A DNA stretch of 41,202 nucleotides from Tubiluchus corallicola (Eukaryota > Animalia > Priapulida), in contig JAQGDQ010001438.1 of assembly GCA_030141605.1 (NCBI GenBank), forward strand, positions 1 through 41,202, read 5' to 3'. The notes below the pieces were generated by a model. It was not told the origin of the DNA. It was given only the letters and a program-made list of their open reading frames with translations, and did not search any database. Every line of letters starts with the position of its first letter. Positions within the stretch are counted from its first letter, which is position 1. The position numbers and the translations under genes are program-made. Below, in pieces: positions 12,303 through 23,166 of the stretch.

Positions 12303-15074
12303 TGCGATTGGTCTGTAGTAAATCTGTAGTTTGTTGTTATGCAGAGTTTTGTTACAGACATACTTATGAATTTGAGCTATAGAAATTTTTCGGTTGTTGC
12401 ACCAATTTTCTGGTTTTACTACTACTGTAATAGTACTGCTATTACTATTACAGTGGACTCTCGTTATAAGAATCACCTCGGGAGAAGGCAAAGTGATTCT
12501 TATAACAAGCGATTCTTATAACGAGCATGACACAGAATTGCTTTAAAAAAATTTTATGCACATAAAAATTATTTATTTCCCGAAATTACGCTAGAAACGA
12601 CATGAAACAGCATAATGTTTTTCTGGCCTAAAAAGGACCTAAAAATTACTAGACTAATGTTTTCATTTCATGGTTGGGTAAATATTTCATGATGCCAGAA
12701 TTGCGTAAAAAAATTTAATGCACATAATTTTTTTCCGCCATGCCCACTGCGCAGAACCTTGTCAGCAGGGCGTGAGAGACAATGGAGTTGGCGCCAAAAT
12801 TGATTCTACTATCGAAAGAAGGGTGATTCTTATACGAGCGGATTTTCGCTAGGAAAATGCCGAATCAATTCGGGAAACGCGATTTTGATTCTTATATCGA
12901 GCTGATTCTTATACGTGTGATTCTTGTAACGAGAGTCCACTGTATATATATTTCAACTACTACAAATAGTACAACTACTACTGTTTCAAATATCGCAATT
13001 GTTCACTGTACATACTTTTATGCAACGGTGATGCACAGAGGTTAAAGATATGTAGCTAGAGCTAAGACGACAACATAATCAAGAACTTAAAGCACAAGAA
13101 AACCCTTCATAAACATAAAGCTTGAAAAATTCGTTTTGAAATTTTATATAACTTACATGCTACCTTTTTGCATGCAGGACTTCAATCAGCAGTCACGCTG
13201 TATAAAACGTGTAAATTTAAACTCCCGCGATGACCGTTAGACGCAGCCATTTTGACGATAAATCATTTGAAACAAGTTTAGATAACATTTTGTAAAGTTT
13301 GAAAAAATATTCAGAGCATTCGTAGCGCACAAGTCACTAACTAAATAAAATTCAAAATTACTGTAGCTTGTCCATAAGATTAAAAAGACGTTTTTGGTTA
13401 CTGAGGGTTTTGGTTTTTTGGTAACTAATCATTTTTTGTAGTTACATAAGTCTTTCTAGTAAGTAAGCGAATACAAGTAATATAGATTTGCACGGAAAGT
13501 CTTTTGAGACATAATTTAACATTGCTTTCTCTTCCCTTCATTTACGTTTGGTGCATGACGTCACGTAATTGCGACTTCGGAAAAGTATTGCGGGACATTT
13601 AAAATGAGAACAAACTAAAATTCCTTTCAACGCGAACACGATATACGCATAAAATTGCTGCAAAGTAGTACGTGTATAATTTTTAAGGCGATTTTTCTGA
13701 AACCTATTTCAGGTACCCCTTTTCTTGTCCTTTAACGTAACATGTAAGAACTTACATTTGAGAATTAAAACACATATTGTAAATGGAACTTACAAATCAC
13801 ATTGCAGTTTTGTTTTTATTTTAGTAACGGTTCCGTGCGCCCGACTGAACCCGAATATTTTCGACTACCTCGAACTCAGGAATTCCACTGATTTATCTGG
13901 TAGTGATAGAGTAAATTTATTTCCGAACGATTTTCTACAAGGCGTCTATCCTACGTTCACAGTTGCTTGGTTAGTAATACGTAACATTAAAGGAAAACCG
14001 GACGATTGTTTAGACTCAATCTCATTTTAATTTACTGTCCAAAATGTACATTTTCTTGCCTTATAAAAGTTAGCAATTGTTTCTTATATTTGAATAATTA
14101 GCTTGGAAAGTTAATTAACGCAACCGAATGCAGCTATCACTTACGTCACAAACTAACCACAGTTTGTGCAATGGTAGGCATCTTCGATGTTCGTCACGCA
14201 GTTTCACGTAAGCGAAGATTGCTACTATAAGGCGCAGATGTGATGTCACGAAAGTGGGCTCATATGTCACACTGACGTCACAGACGAACACTGCAGTTCA
14301 TGATCATGGTTATCACGGCACCCCGCCCATATGTGGGCCACACTAATGTGACAAAACGGCGCCATCACCAGTGTTAGACGTGTGCACTTCGTCACAACCT
14401 AACACATTTGAACTGAGAGGTACAGCACCTGTTTTTTTGTACAGTGCGTTTCCGAAATGCAGGCGTTAGTGCCCGTCTAACTAGCAAATGGCAAAATGCA
14501 TGTAACAGCAGACGGTTAGTGGTACGAACGCGAAACTGTGTTTTTGTGGTAATAATCCTTTCACATAAGTTATTTTTGAAAAAAAAATATATGTTTCCTT
14601 TCAATATTTTACAGAGTAGATTGTTTTGACCAACAGTTTAAGATTGGGTACGGTTTTGCTTTAAACATTTACGCTATTTTGGCATCTAGGTGGATGAAAG
14701 GATCTGGTAATGCAACATACGCTCACAGTGATCGCTATCCAACTGGTTTACCAGAACTGCTCGTGTTTGTCTCCGATGAAAATGGAGAAATTAGTTTTAT
14801 ACAGGGCGACTTTGCCACAGGGTAAGTCAAACAATGGTGATAATAATTAATATGTTTCAGCAACAGCTGCTGAAAATGTTTTTTAAGACGATGATGACGA
14901 CGACAAAAACAGCTACAGCAGCAACAACAGCAACAGCAACAACAGCAACAGAAACAGCAATAACAACAGCAGCAGCAATAACAACAGCAGCAGCAACAAC
15001 AACAACAACAACAGCAACGACAACAACAACAACAGCAGCAGCAGCAACAGACAACAGCAGCAACGACAACAGCC

Positions 15075-15113
<39 letters not shown>

Positions 15114-15988
15114 ACAGCAACATCAACAACAACAGAAACAACAACAACAGCAGCAGCAATAACAACAGCAGCAGCAACGACAACGACAGCAGCAGCAACG
15201 GCAACAGCAACAACAACGACAACAGCAACCAGAACGGCAATGACAACGACAACAACAGCAGCAACAACAACAACAGTTTTACTGATTTCGAAATTGTGTT
15301 TTTCAGTTCATTTTCCGTGAGTCCCCCTGAACCCATAGAAATAACAAAACAATGGTATCACGTAGCTGTAGTAGTGGACACTAGAAAAGACAGGTTGGCC
15401 GTATACTGGAATGGCGGCACCAAAGTAAGTATAACCTAAATGATCTTCATAGCAGATTATAATACTGTAGGTTTGATTGAGAAATGAGCATATCAATTTC
15501 ATCAGAAATTATCATTGCTTCAGTTTAACTTTGTCAATTTAACAAGTTTAATGCAGTTTGCGAAATTTTCAGTTTCTGGCATATCCAGAAACCTTATGAA
15601 ATTTGTACAGCATTTGATACTCTTGCTTTGTTTCGACTAAATCCTTAATGCCATCACAAGATTTCCAGAATAAAAGATTCCAGTTCCCGGTTGACTCCTC
15701 TTGCTCACACATTCTTCTTCTCCCGCTCTGATCAAACTAACCAGCGTAAGCAACAATTTTTAAATCTCGGGAGTTGAAAATGGCTAAAAAATGCAGTAAA
15801 TACTTCATTTTACTAGCAACAGTATTTTGTTTATAAACTAGTATTTATTAATAAAAACCAAAAAGTTGTAACACATATTATCATCGTCATCATCATCATC
15901 AACTCATCGTCGTCGTCATCATCATCACCACCATTATCATCATCACCATCATCATCATCATCATCATCGACTACGACTACTACTACTG

Positions 15989-16024
<36 letters not shown>

Positions 16025-16097
16025 TTACTACTACTACTACTACTATTACTACTACTACTACTACTACTACTACTGCTACTACTACTACTACTACTAT

Positions 16098-16153
<56 letters not shown>

Positions 16154-17609
16154 GTACTACTACTACTATTACTACTACTATTACTACCACTACTACAGCA
16201 GCAGCAGCATCGTCATCATCATCATCATCATCATCATTATCATCATCATTAATAGCAACAGCAGCAGCAGCAGTATCATCATCATCATCATCAACAATAA
16301 CAACAACAGCAACAACAGCATTACCATCATCGTCATCATCATCATTATCAGCAGCAGCATTGGCTTTTTCACTTTCAACAAGTATTATTCTCTGGGTTCT
16401 TTTGCTAACAAATAAAACTTTCAAAATGATGTTGAATTTCTTTACGTGTTTGACGATCTTTATTTTAAAAGGCTGGAGGACAACAGGAATCAATTGACTT
16501 GCCAGAAACTGTCAAGTCACTGAGGTTAGTCTTTGACGTCGACGACAGCTAAACTATAGGCAACCTGATGTTTGGGGCCAGCGAGAACACTTTGTATCGA
16601 GACTTAAATATCTGGAGCAAAGCCATGTCAGATGATGCTGTAGCCTATCTCATTAAATCATGCATACATTGTGGAAATGTATTCTGTTGGAAAAGGCTGA
16701 CGAAAACTGGTCAAAGAATAGTTGGTCAGGTATAGCCAAAGTCTTTATTTTCTGTTTTCTTTTACACGCTTATGCAACTTAAGTTTACATTACACGCAAA
16801 GTACAGGTGAAGCTCCAAATGACTGGCTGATCGACTAATCGACTAATCGACTAACAACTGATCAACTGACTGGCTGACTGATTTGACATACTGACTGATC
16901 AATTGACAAAATATTAACGGGCCTAATCAATAAGCCACTTAGGACAACTATAGTGACTTATTTATTTGTTGAATATGGATGACAAAGATTCCATCAACTG
17001 GTTGTCAATTTGCTGGTCAACCAGTCAGTCAGTTGATCAATTGTTAGTTGATTACCCGACAGGCACAGGTGAAGCTCCAAATGACTAGCTGATCGACTAG
17101 TCCTCTTAGAATTGATCAATTGACTGACTGGTTGACCAGCAAATTGACTAACCAATTGATCGAATCTTTGTTATCGACATTCAACAAATAAATCAATCAC
17201 TTTAGTTGTCCTAACTGGCTTATTGATTAGGCCCATTAATCTTCTTACTAATAGTGTAAATAATGTTGACCACAATCTTCACTGGTGACACTGTTTATGA
17301 AATACTTATGTAAAGTATGTTCGAAATAAATTGATGTCAATAATAATTCATCGTTGCTGCTTCATGTATGTGCCAGTTTTTACTAACTGCTGTTTTACTT
17401 TACAGATTGTTGAACAGTTTCCATCCACTTGCCTAACGGAGAAAGATCTTGAGAAAATATGTAAAAATCCGGCAGCAAGAACTGCAAACCGTGTGAGAAG
17501 ACACGATAAACGCGGTTCCGGCGGCATCAAAACGTATTTCGACGGACGGAAATCTTCACTTAGAAATAATTTAGACAGAAAACGTAACATTCGCTACGGT
17601 TATGCGTAA
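10385..17609 (+). CDS. Secreted pentraxin/LamG-like domain protein, 7 coding exons (10385-10432, 12194-12254, 13825-13969, 14690-14821, 15307-15424, 16472-16729, 17406-17609), 321 codons, with an in-frame TAA at 16550-16552 (nonsense allele or young pseudogene)
   Basis: All six introns are GT-AG and join in frame (phases 0,1,2,2,0,0). The N-terminus MLLIFGREWQSLLVIMVVILQFEKCVYA is signal-peptide-like. LamG/pentraxin-type motifs: FTVAWWMK, QWYHVAVVVD...LAVYWNG, DLNIWSKAMSDDAV...C..GNVFCW, FPSTC. Confidence 0.8.
10564..11237 (+). mobile_element. Kolobok-like MITE (TTAA target site duplication)
   Basis: TTAA-AGGACAAGAAAA ... TTTTCTTACGTT-TTAA. It is the reverse complement of 13091-13731 over most of its length. 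Confidence 0.8.
11535..11872 (+). mobile_element. 3' fragment of a LINE related to the 20060-22302 element
   Basis: Translates, with a frameshift, LSAFRTKIKVLMVSRFDYPTYQHE..TNAEFIYPRSY*, versus LSAFKTKLKSLILTRYEIPSHQYD..TNSEFIYPRPY*. It shares the 3' UTR motifs and has a (TACT)n tail. Confidence 0.85.
12451..12942. mobile_element. Tigger/pogo-like MITE
   Basis: TIRs CAGTGGACTCTCGTTATAAGAATCAC / GTGATTCTTGTAACGAGAGTCCACTG, TA flanks, and repeated GATTCTTAT subterminal motifs. Confidence 0.9.
13091..13731 (-). mobile_element. Kolobok-like MITE (TTAA target site duplication), inverted relative to 10564-11237
   Basis: TTAA-AGCACAAGAAAA ... TTTTCTTGTCCT-TTAA. Confidence 0.85.
14888..15275. repeat. 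Compound (CAA/CAG)n microsatellite, intronic
   Basis: ACA/GCA triplet runs lie between the donor at 14822 and the acceptor at 15306. Confidence 0.95.
15880..16360. repeat. Compound (CAT)n/(ACT)n/(GCA)n microsatellite, intronic
   Basis: A long TAC run is flanked by CAT and GCA runs. Confidence 0.95.
16803..17240. repeat. Intronic inverted repeat (arms about 16913-17042 and 17110-17240) with a direct repeat at 16803/17065; probably MITE-derived
   Basis: GGGCCTAATCAATAAGCCA pairs with TGGCTTATTGATTAGGCCC, and GTCAATTTGCTGGTCAACCAGTCAGTCA pairs with TGACTGACTGGTTGACCAGCAAATTGAC. ACAGGTGAAGCTCCAAATGACT occurs twice. Confidence 0.85.
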
Positions 17610-18019
17610 AACGTGTAATCCGTTTCGATGTGCATAATATGTAGCGTGTGTGATCATTTTAATATAACTACTCTACTTCGTTGGGTCAATGGTTTTTGTA
17701 GCTGTTGTAAGCTTGGTCTGGCCTGGAGATTACAAGTTATTGTAAATACGTTTAAGTAGTCGAATTTAATAGGAATAAGATTAAAGAAAGACAGGATGAT
17801 TTTTGTCAGCCCAGCCCAGCATTATAATTATGAAAAGGTATCTTATTAGAAAAAATTCATATCATAGTGGGAAACCTGTGTCCCCGGGGCTCCACAGTAG
17901 GGCATGTGGAAGCCTAGTCTCGCCTCCTATCAGCGTAATCCAGAATTAACTTTTCAGACATTGTTTTTTTAAAATTACAAGCGCACATAAATTGCGTTTT
18001 AATACTCATGTTTTTAAAT

Positions 18020-18420
18020 CTATATTAAATTTAACAGAGCTAAATGTAATTATATATATATTATCTATATATTATATATTATATATATATATTATCTTGC
18101 ATATTTTGTTTATATTTTGTATATTTGTTATATTTTTGCATTGAGATAATTAATAAAAAAATCATTGTTTTTTTTCAGTTGTTCTGGTTCTTATATACTA
18201 GAAATTGTTAAATGAATTATGTTTTCAATACTATGCATATAAATTCTAATTCCAATATTATTTTCTATGTATATTAAAATTTAGCAGAGCTATGAATGTA
18301 TGTATATTTACAATCATTTATTAAATTGCACGATTTTGTAAATTATTATTTCTAACACTGAGATAATTAATAAAAAAAGCATTGTTTTTTGTCAATTGTT
18401 CTAGTTCTTATTACTAGAAA
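18020..18420. repeat. Diverged AT-rich direct duplication
   Basis: TGAGATAATTAATAAAAAAA.CATTGTTTTTT...TTGTTCT.GTTCTTAT occurs at about 18142 and 18359. Confidence 0.75.
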
Positions 18421-19049
18421 CTTTCCAATCAAGTTAAATTTTCCAATCAAGAGAAATGCATCCACATTGTCAAACTTCTTTTTTCTCCATCTTTTGGGAA
18501 GCGTACCCTCTTACGATTTAGTACTAAAAAACTGTAAGAAAAAGGCAACAAGTCCCCAAACTGTGATTGACAAGCAGGGGCGTAGCCATGTTCTAAAGTT
18601 AGGCATAGTGGCGGTTCGTAATAAAAAATAGTGGGGGTGCTGCTTCAGAAAAGTTTTAGCCATTATTTTAATGCTGTGTAAAACGAAACAAACATACGTA
18701 ATTTTAATGTTATCATTTCAAATTGTAATTTCAAAACAAACTGAAGTATGAAAATTTATACATAAACATTATAAAATCCTCAGCCAATAATTTCTTTGCT
18801 TACAAATTGCCTAAATTCTTGCAAATCAAGAACATGCCAGCACACGGTTTTTAAGCACGTGATATTTGACAACAAACTGTGAAGCAAACAGTACTACCCT
18901 CACGTGCTCTAGTTTCGTATAGATGTGCTGGAAATTTAGCATATTGGCCTCCTCTTGTTGCCTGCCTTGCTTACCACAAATGGCCACCTTGTGGCGATTA
19001 CGTAGTAATACACATATCTATGGTTGCAACGCCGTCAGGGAAACTAGAC

Positions 19050-19167
19050 CACTGCCAAAATTGTGCACTTGCTAAAATTGAGCACTGCCAAAATTTTGCA
19101 GCTTGCTAAAATTGAGCACTGCCAAAATTGTGCAGCTTGCTAAAATTGAGCACTGACAAAATTGTGT
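19050..19167. repeat. 34-bp minisatellite, about 3.5 copies
   Basis: Unit CACTGCCAAAATTGTGCAGCTTGCTAAAATTGAG. Confidence 0.9.
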
Positions 19168-19179
19168 AGTCCCAATTTT

Positions 19180-19680
19180 AATTGGGTAAAATTGCCCCAA
19201 TGGTATAATTGCCAGAAGTTTGGGCACACAGCTAAATGGTGCTCAAACCGAGTTGCCTGTGGTAAATGTAGCAAAGCCCACTTGACTGATGAGTGTGAGT
19301 CTGATGATGCCCGGGGTGTTAACTATAAGGGGGACCATGAAACGCGGAACAGAGTTTGCCCTAAGTATTGCAGTGAAGTAAAAAATCTTAACTGTCTATG
19401 ATGGCAGGAAATGTGAATAACATAAATGCTGGACCAAACCAGTGCAACATGTGTCAAATCAATATAAATCATTTGTCTGATAGACCGCATCTTGTGTCAG
19501 ATCATTATGTTATTGCAAACAGTTTACAAGTGGTAGCAGTTCAAGAAACTAGAATTGGAAGAAGCAGACCAGCTCAAGAACTTACAAATTATAAGAGCTA
19601 TTTTAACTGCAGCGATAGAGAATATGGAGTAGCAATCCGGATTTTAGTTTCAAGAGCAAGTCTATTGTTTTCAAAAACCT
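19180..19680 (+). mobile_element. Decayed LINE: ORF1 zinc-knuckle C-terminus and start of the ORF2 APE endonuclease
   Basis: PQWYNCQKFGHTAKWC...CGKCSKAHLTDEC...GDHETRNRVC gives three CCHC-like knuckles, partly mutated. It is followed by CQININHL...VVAVQET (APE motifs I-II). Confidence 0.8.
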
Positions 19681-19930
19681 TTGTAAGATCTTGAATGAGC
19701 AGACAATGCAAGAATTTCCTTTCTGTGTATGTCGGCTTCAGTGTCTAATAAGCTACCAAGATACGCACATCTTTTCCACAAGTCATTAAATCCTCTTCGA
19801 ACATGATATTCTTTCGACTTTGCATTGTTGACTTTAAGATTATATCTTTCTAAACGGCGACTGATCGCACATTTTGCGTCTTGCCGTTCCTCTATTTGCT
19901 GTAATGTAAGCAATATCATCTGCATGTAAA
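19680..19930 (-). mobile_element. RTE-like LINE reverse transcriptase fragment
   Basis: HADDIA, then after a frameshift YNLKVNNAKSKEY...WKRCAYLGSLLDTEADIHRK (RT domains 5-7). Confidence 0.7.
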
Positions 19931-20059
19931 TTTTCGAGATTAAAGATTAAGGTCTTTCGAATATAGCTTAATTATGTTCATCTAGTGTATCTGGTTTGAA
20001 AGCTATCTGGATTAAGAAACAGTGTGTTGTCGCCGTTGAGGAGGCGGGTAAAGCTGAAC

Positions 20060-22302
20060 TTGACAAACTAAGAATAGCGAAAAACAGAATGTATAATATA
20101 TGGGAAAAGAACAAAACTAAAAACAATCATAACAATTATAAAAAAAAGAGAAATCAATTTAATAATCTTAATAAATGCTTGAAAAATAAACATATACAAC
20201 AACAATGTAAAAACGCAACAAATACCAAAGAAAAATGGAAAATTATTAACAATGTAATAAATAAATGCCGTAACAAACTAACGCGTGTTGATGAAATTAA
20301 GATCAACAACACTGTTATTACAAAACCCAAAGATATTGCCAACGCGCTAAATGCAATATTCCTGAATCTTGGAAATTTTAAGGGAGTGGCTTCTCATATT
20401 AGCAATAATATAATTAATAAATTAAAAAACAAATCGTCTAACACAGTATTCTCATTCAAAAGCGTCACAGTAGGAGAAATTAACGACATATTAAATAACC
20501 TAAGTTCCAACAAAGGCAGTGGACCATCAGATATTCCTATCAAAATTCTAAAAGATAGCGCATCTGTAATAGCCCCGCATATGACTTACATTGCTAATCA
20601 GATAATTATGAGAGGCGAATTTCCAACGGTATGTAAAATGGCAAACGTGACTCCAATCCATAAAAAAGATCCAAAATGTGATCCCATGAATTATCGCCCA
20701 ATTTCCGTAATCCATTGTTTCGGCAAAGTTTGGGAAAGGGTAATTTATGATCAGATAAATTCATATGTAAATAAACATGAACTTTTATCAAAACATCAGT
20801 TTGGCTTCCGTAAACACCATTCAACCATTGACGCCCTAATACACACAACAGAAAATTGGAGACATAGTTTAGACAACAAGCAATACATTTTAGCAGCATT
20901 TTTGGATTTAAGTAAAGCTTTCGATAGCATTAATCACGAACTACTTTACGATAATTTAAAACAAATCGGATTAGATTCGATATCGTTAAAACTGATACAA
21001 AATTATCTCAAAGATAGACAACAACGAGTAAAGTTAGATACAACCAACTTTTCTGACTGGGCCACGTTAAACAGAGGTATACCGCAAGGAACACTACTAG
21101 GTCCGTTATTATTTTGCCTATATATAAACAACATATCCAGTGTATTAAAACACTCACAAATAACGCAATACGCTGATGACACTACAATCTACATAGCCCA
21201 TGAAAATGTCCAAACTGCAAAAAATTATTTAGAAGAAGATATAAAAAATATAAATATGGCATTTAGTCATTACAAGCTAAAAATGAATAATGACAAAACA
21301 GAATTCATGATACTGTCACCCTCATTAAATACTAATGATGCATCATCAACCACTTTGACAATAGATAATGCTGTAATCAAACAAACTAACAATGTTAAAT
21401 TCCTGGGCATACAAGTAGACAATAATCTTTCATGGGATGATCACTTTAATAACATATACACAAAAATGGCATCTAGCACATCATATCTCCGACAAGTTAA
21501 AGGGCAACTAACAAAGGAAACTAAAACACTAATATATAAAACTTTAGTTCTACCACACTTCTTATATGGATGTACGCTACTTCAAAAAACCAAAAGAGAA
21601 AATTACTTAAAATTAAATCTCCTTCAAAACTATGCATTGAGATTGATAGCTGGGTACTCATACAAACACAAGGCAGGTAGACAAAAATTCAAAGCTTCAA
21701 CAACTAACCTGAGAAAAACTTTAAAATTCCCAATCATTGAAGCACACAAAGAATATTTTACTCTGCTTTTTATATTTAAATACATTAACAACATCAGCAA
21801 ACCATTCCAGAATAACAGATTTACCTTTTTTCCAAATCCTATCGTTAATTCCAGAACATTCAATCTAAAACAAATTAGGACAAATACCCACTATGGAACG
21901 AACTCTGTAATCAAACAAGCAATTTTACTTTGGAATTCTCTACCATTACAGGTTAAACAAATCAAGTCCCTATCAGCGTTTAAAACAAAATTAAAATCAC
22001 TAATATTAACCAGATATGAAATACCATCACACCAGTACGACAACATACACACTAATTCCGAATTCATATACCCACGGCCATATTAATTAAATCATAGTTT
22101 TTTTTTATATTTTTTTGTGTATAGTTGTAAATATGTTTGATTTTATTCATCATTACTGCACAGTAGTTTAGATTGCACTGACGCATTTGCCTTCAGCAGT
22201 GTAAGTTTTTATTAACTAACACTGATTGATTATCTCTATAAAGTTTTTATCAGTGATTATCAATGTTTTTAATGGCAAATAAAGATTATTATATATATAT
22301 AT
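20060..22302 (+). mobile_element. 5'-truncated CR1/L2-group LINE with an uninterrupted ORF2 remainder (RT, stop at 22086) and 3' tail
   Basis: RT motifs NYRPISVI, QFGFRKHHST, FLDLSKAFD, GIPQGTLLGPLLF, YADDT and FLGIQVDNNLSWDDH are present, but the APE domain is absent. The element ends AATAAA followed by an (ATT)/(AT) tail. The 5' boundary is approximate. Confidence 0.93.
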
Positions 22303-22759
22303 AAGCAGATCAATAACTTTAGTTCATTTTGAAGATTTCTTCTATTACCAACTGCATAGGCTTCACAAAGTTAACACGCAATTTTACGCGTTTTTACCAA
22401 GTAATTAATAGTCTTTAGCACGTTCAACGTTTTTGTTCGTCAGTTCAAGGCCAAAAGCTTATCATTGCTCGAATAAATAGTTATTTGCTTTCACTGAGCG
22501 AAACAGTTTCCCTTCAGAAATTAAGAAGTCTTCGTACATTAATTTGTTCACGTTTGTATAGAACGGGGTATGTGATTATTATTTTGACCTTGATCAAAAT
22601 TATTAGTTATAGGTACCCGTGCATTAAAATAGCTCTTCATATTACACAATAGTAAGCTTTGACGACAAACACAGAAAAATAATTGTGAATAATCTCTAAA
22701 AAACTAACGAAATAATGTTATAATGGCGTTTTATGTGATTTAAAATTTAAATATCAATA

Positions 22760-22850
22760 CAGTATAACACCTTTATAACTAGCCTGCTAGTGAGACAGAA
22801 AAAAGTACTCTATAACCATGGCAGTCTGTAAGCATATGCAGCTAATCATA
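22760..22850 (+). repeat. Short dispersed repeat, also at about 30411-30470 and 30936-30970
   Basis: TAACACCTTTAT..CTAGCCTGCTAG.GA...AGAAAAAAGTACTCTATAACC is shared with 30416-30468. Confidence 0.65.
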
Positions 22851-23166
22851 TAATAATAACCACCTAACAGATAATAATATGTATATTATATACGGTTTGC
22901 AAGCACACAAATCTTAATTTGCGAGTATTTAAATGTACATATTTTTAGTCATGTTTATATTCATACGGATAGTTGCATGTAAACTGGTGCCACTTGATTT
23001 TATTTGTCATTTTATATTAATTTGATGATTGAAATAAATTATCTATTAGTATATTTTAAAAACTGTTATCGATATAATAGTAAATTCTATAAATAATACT
23101 AATAGTATTTTAAATTAGTGCTCACAATACACTGCAAATAGAGGGTCCGCATATTGTATATATATA

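Noticed and set aside
14735-16493. Poly-Cys, poly-Asn/Thr, poly-Leu and poly-Val/Asp ORFs
   Set aside because: These are translations of intronic trinucleotide microsatellites. Only 14690-14821, 15307-15424 and 16472 onward are real exons.
16525-16559. 35-nt mini-intron removing the in-frame TAA
   Set aside because: The length is not a multiple of 3. Splicing shifts the frame, gives an early TGA and loses the pentraxin motifs.
17868-17937. GC-rich hairpin (GGCTCCACA/TGTGGAAGCC) as an snRNA or ribozyme
   Set aside because: I could not match it to any RNA family motif. An Rfam scan would be needed.
19996-22086. RT ORF as a retron, DGR, group II intron or domesticated gene
   Set aside because: The motifs and 3' tail are those of a non-LTR retrotransposon, the 5' end is truncated, and a related decayed copy lies at 11535-11872.
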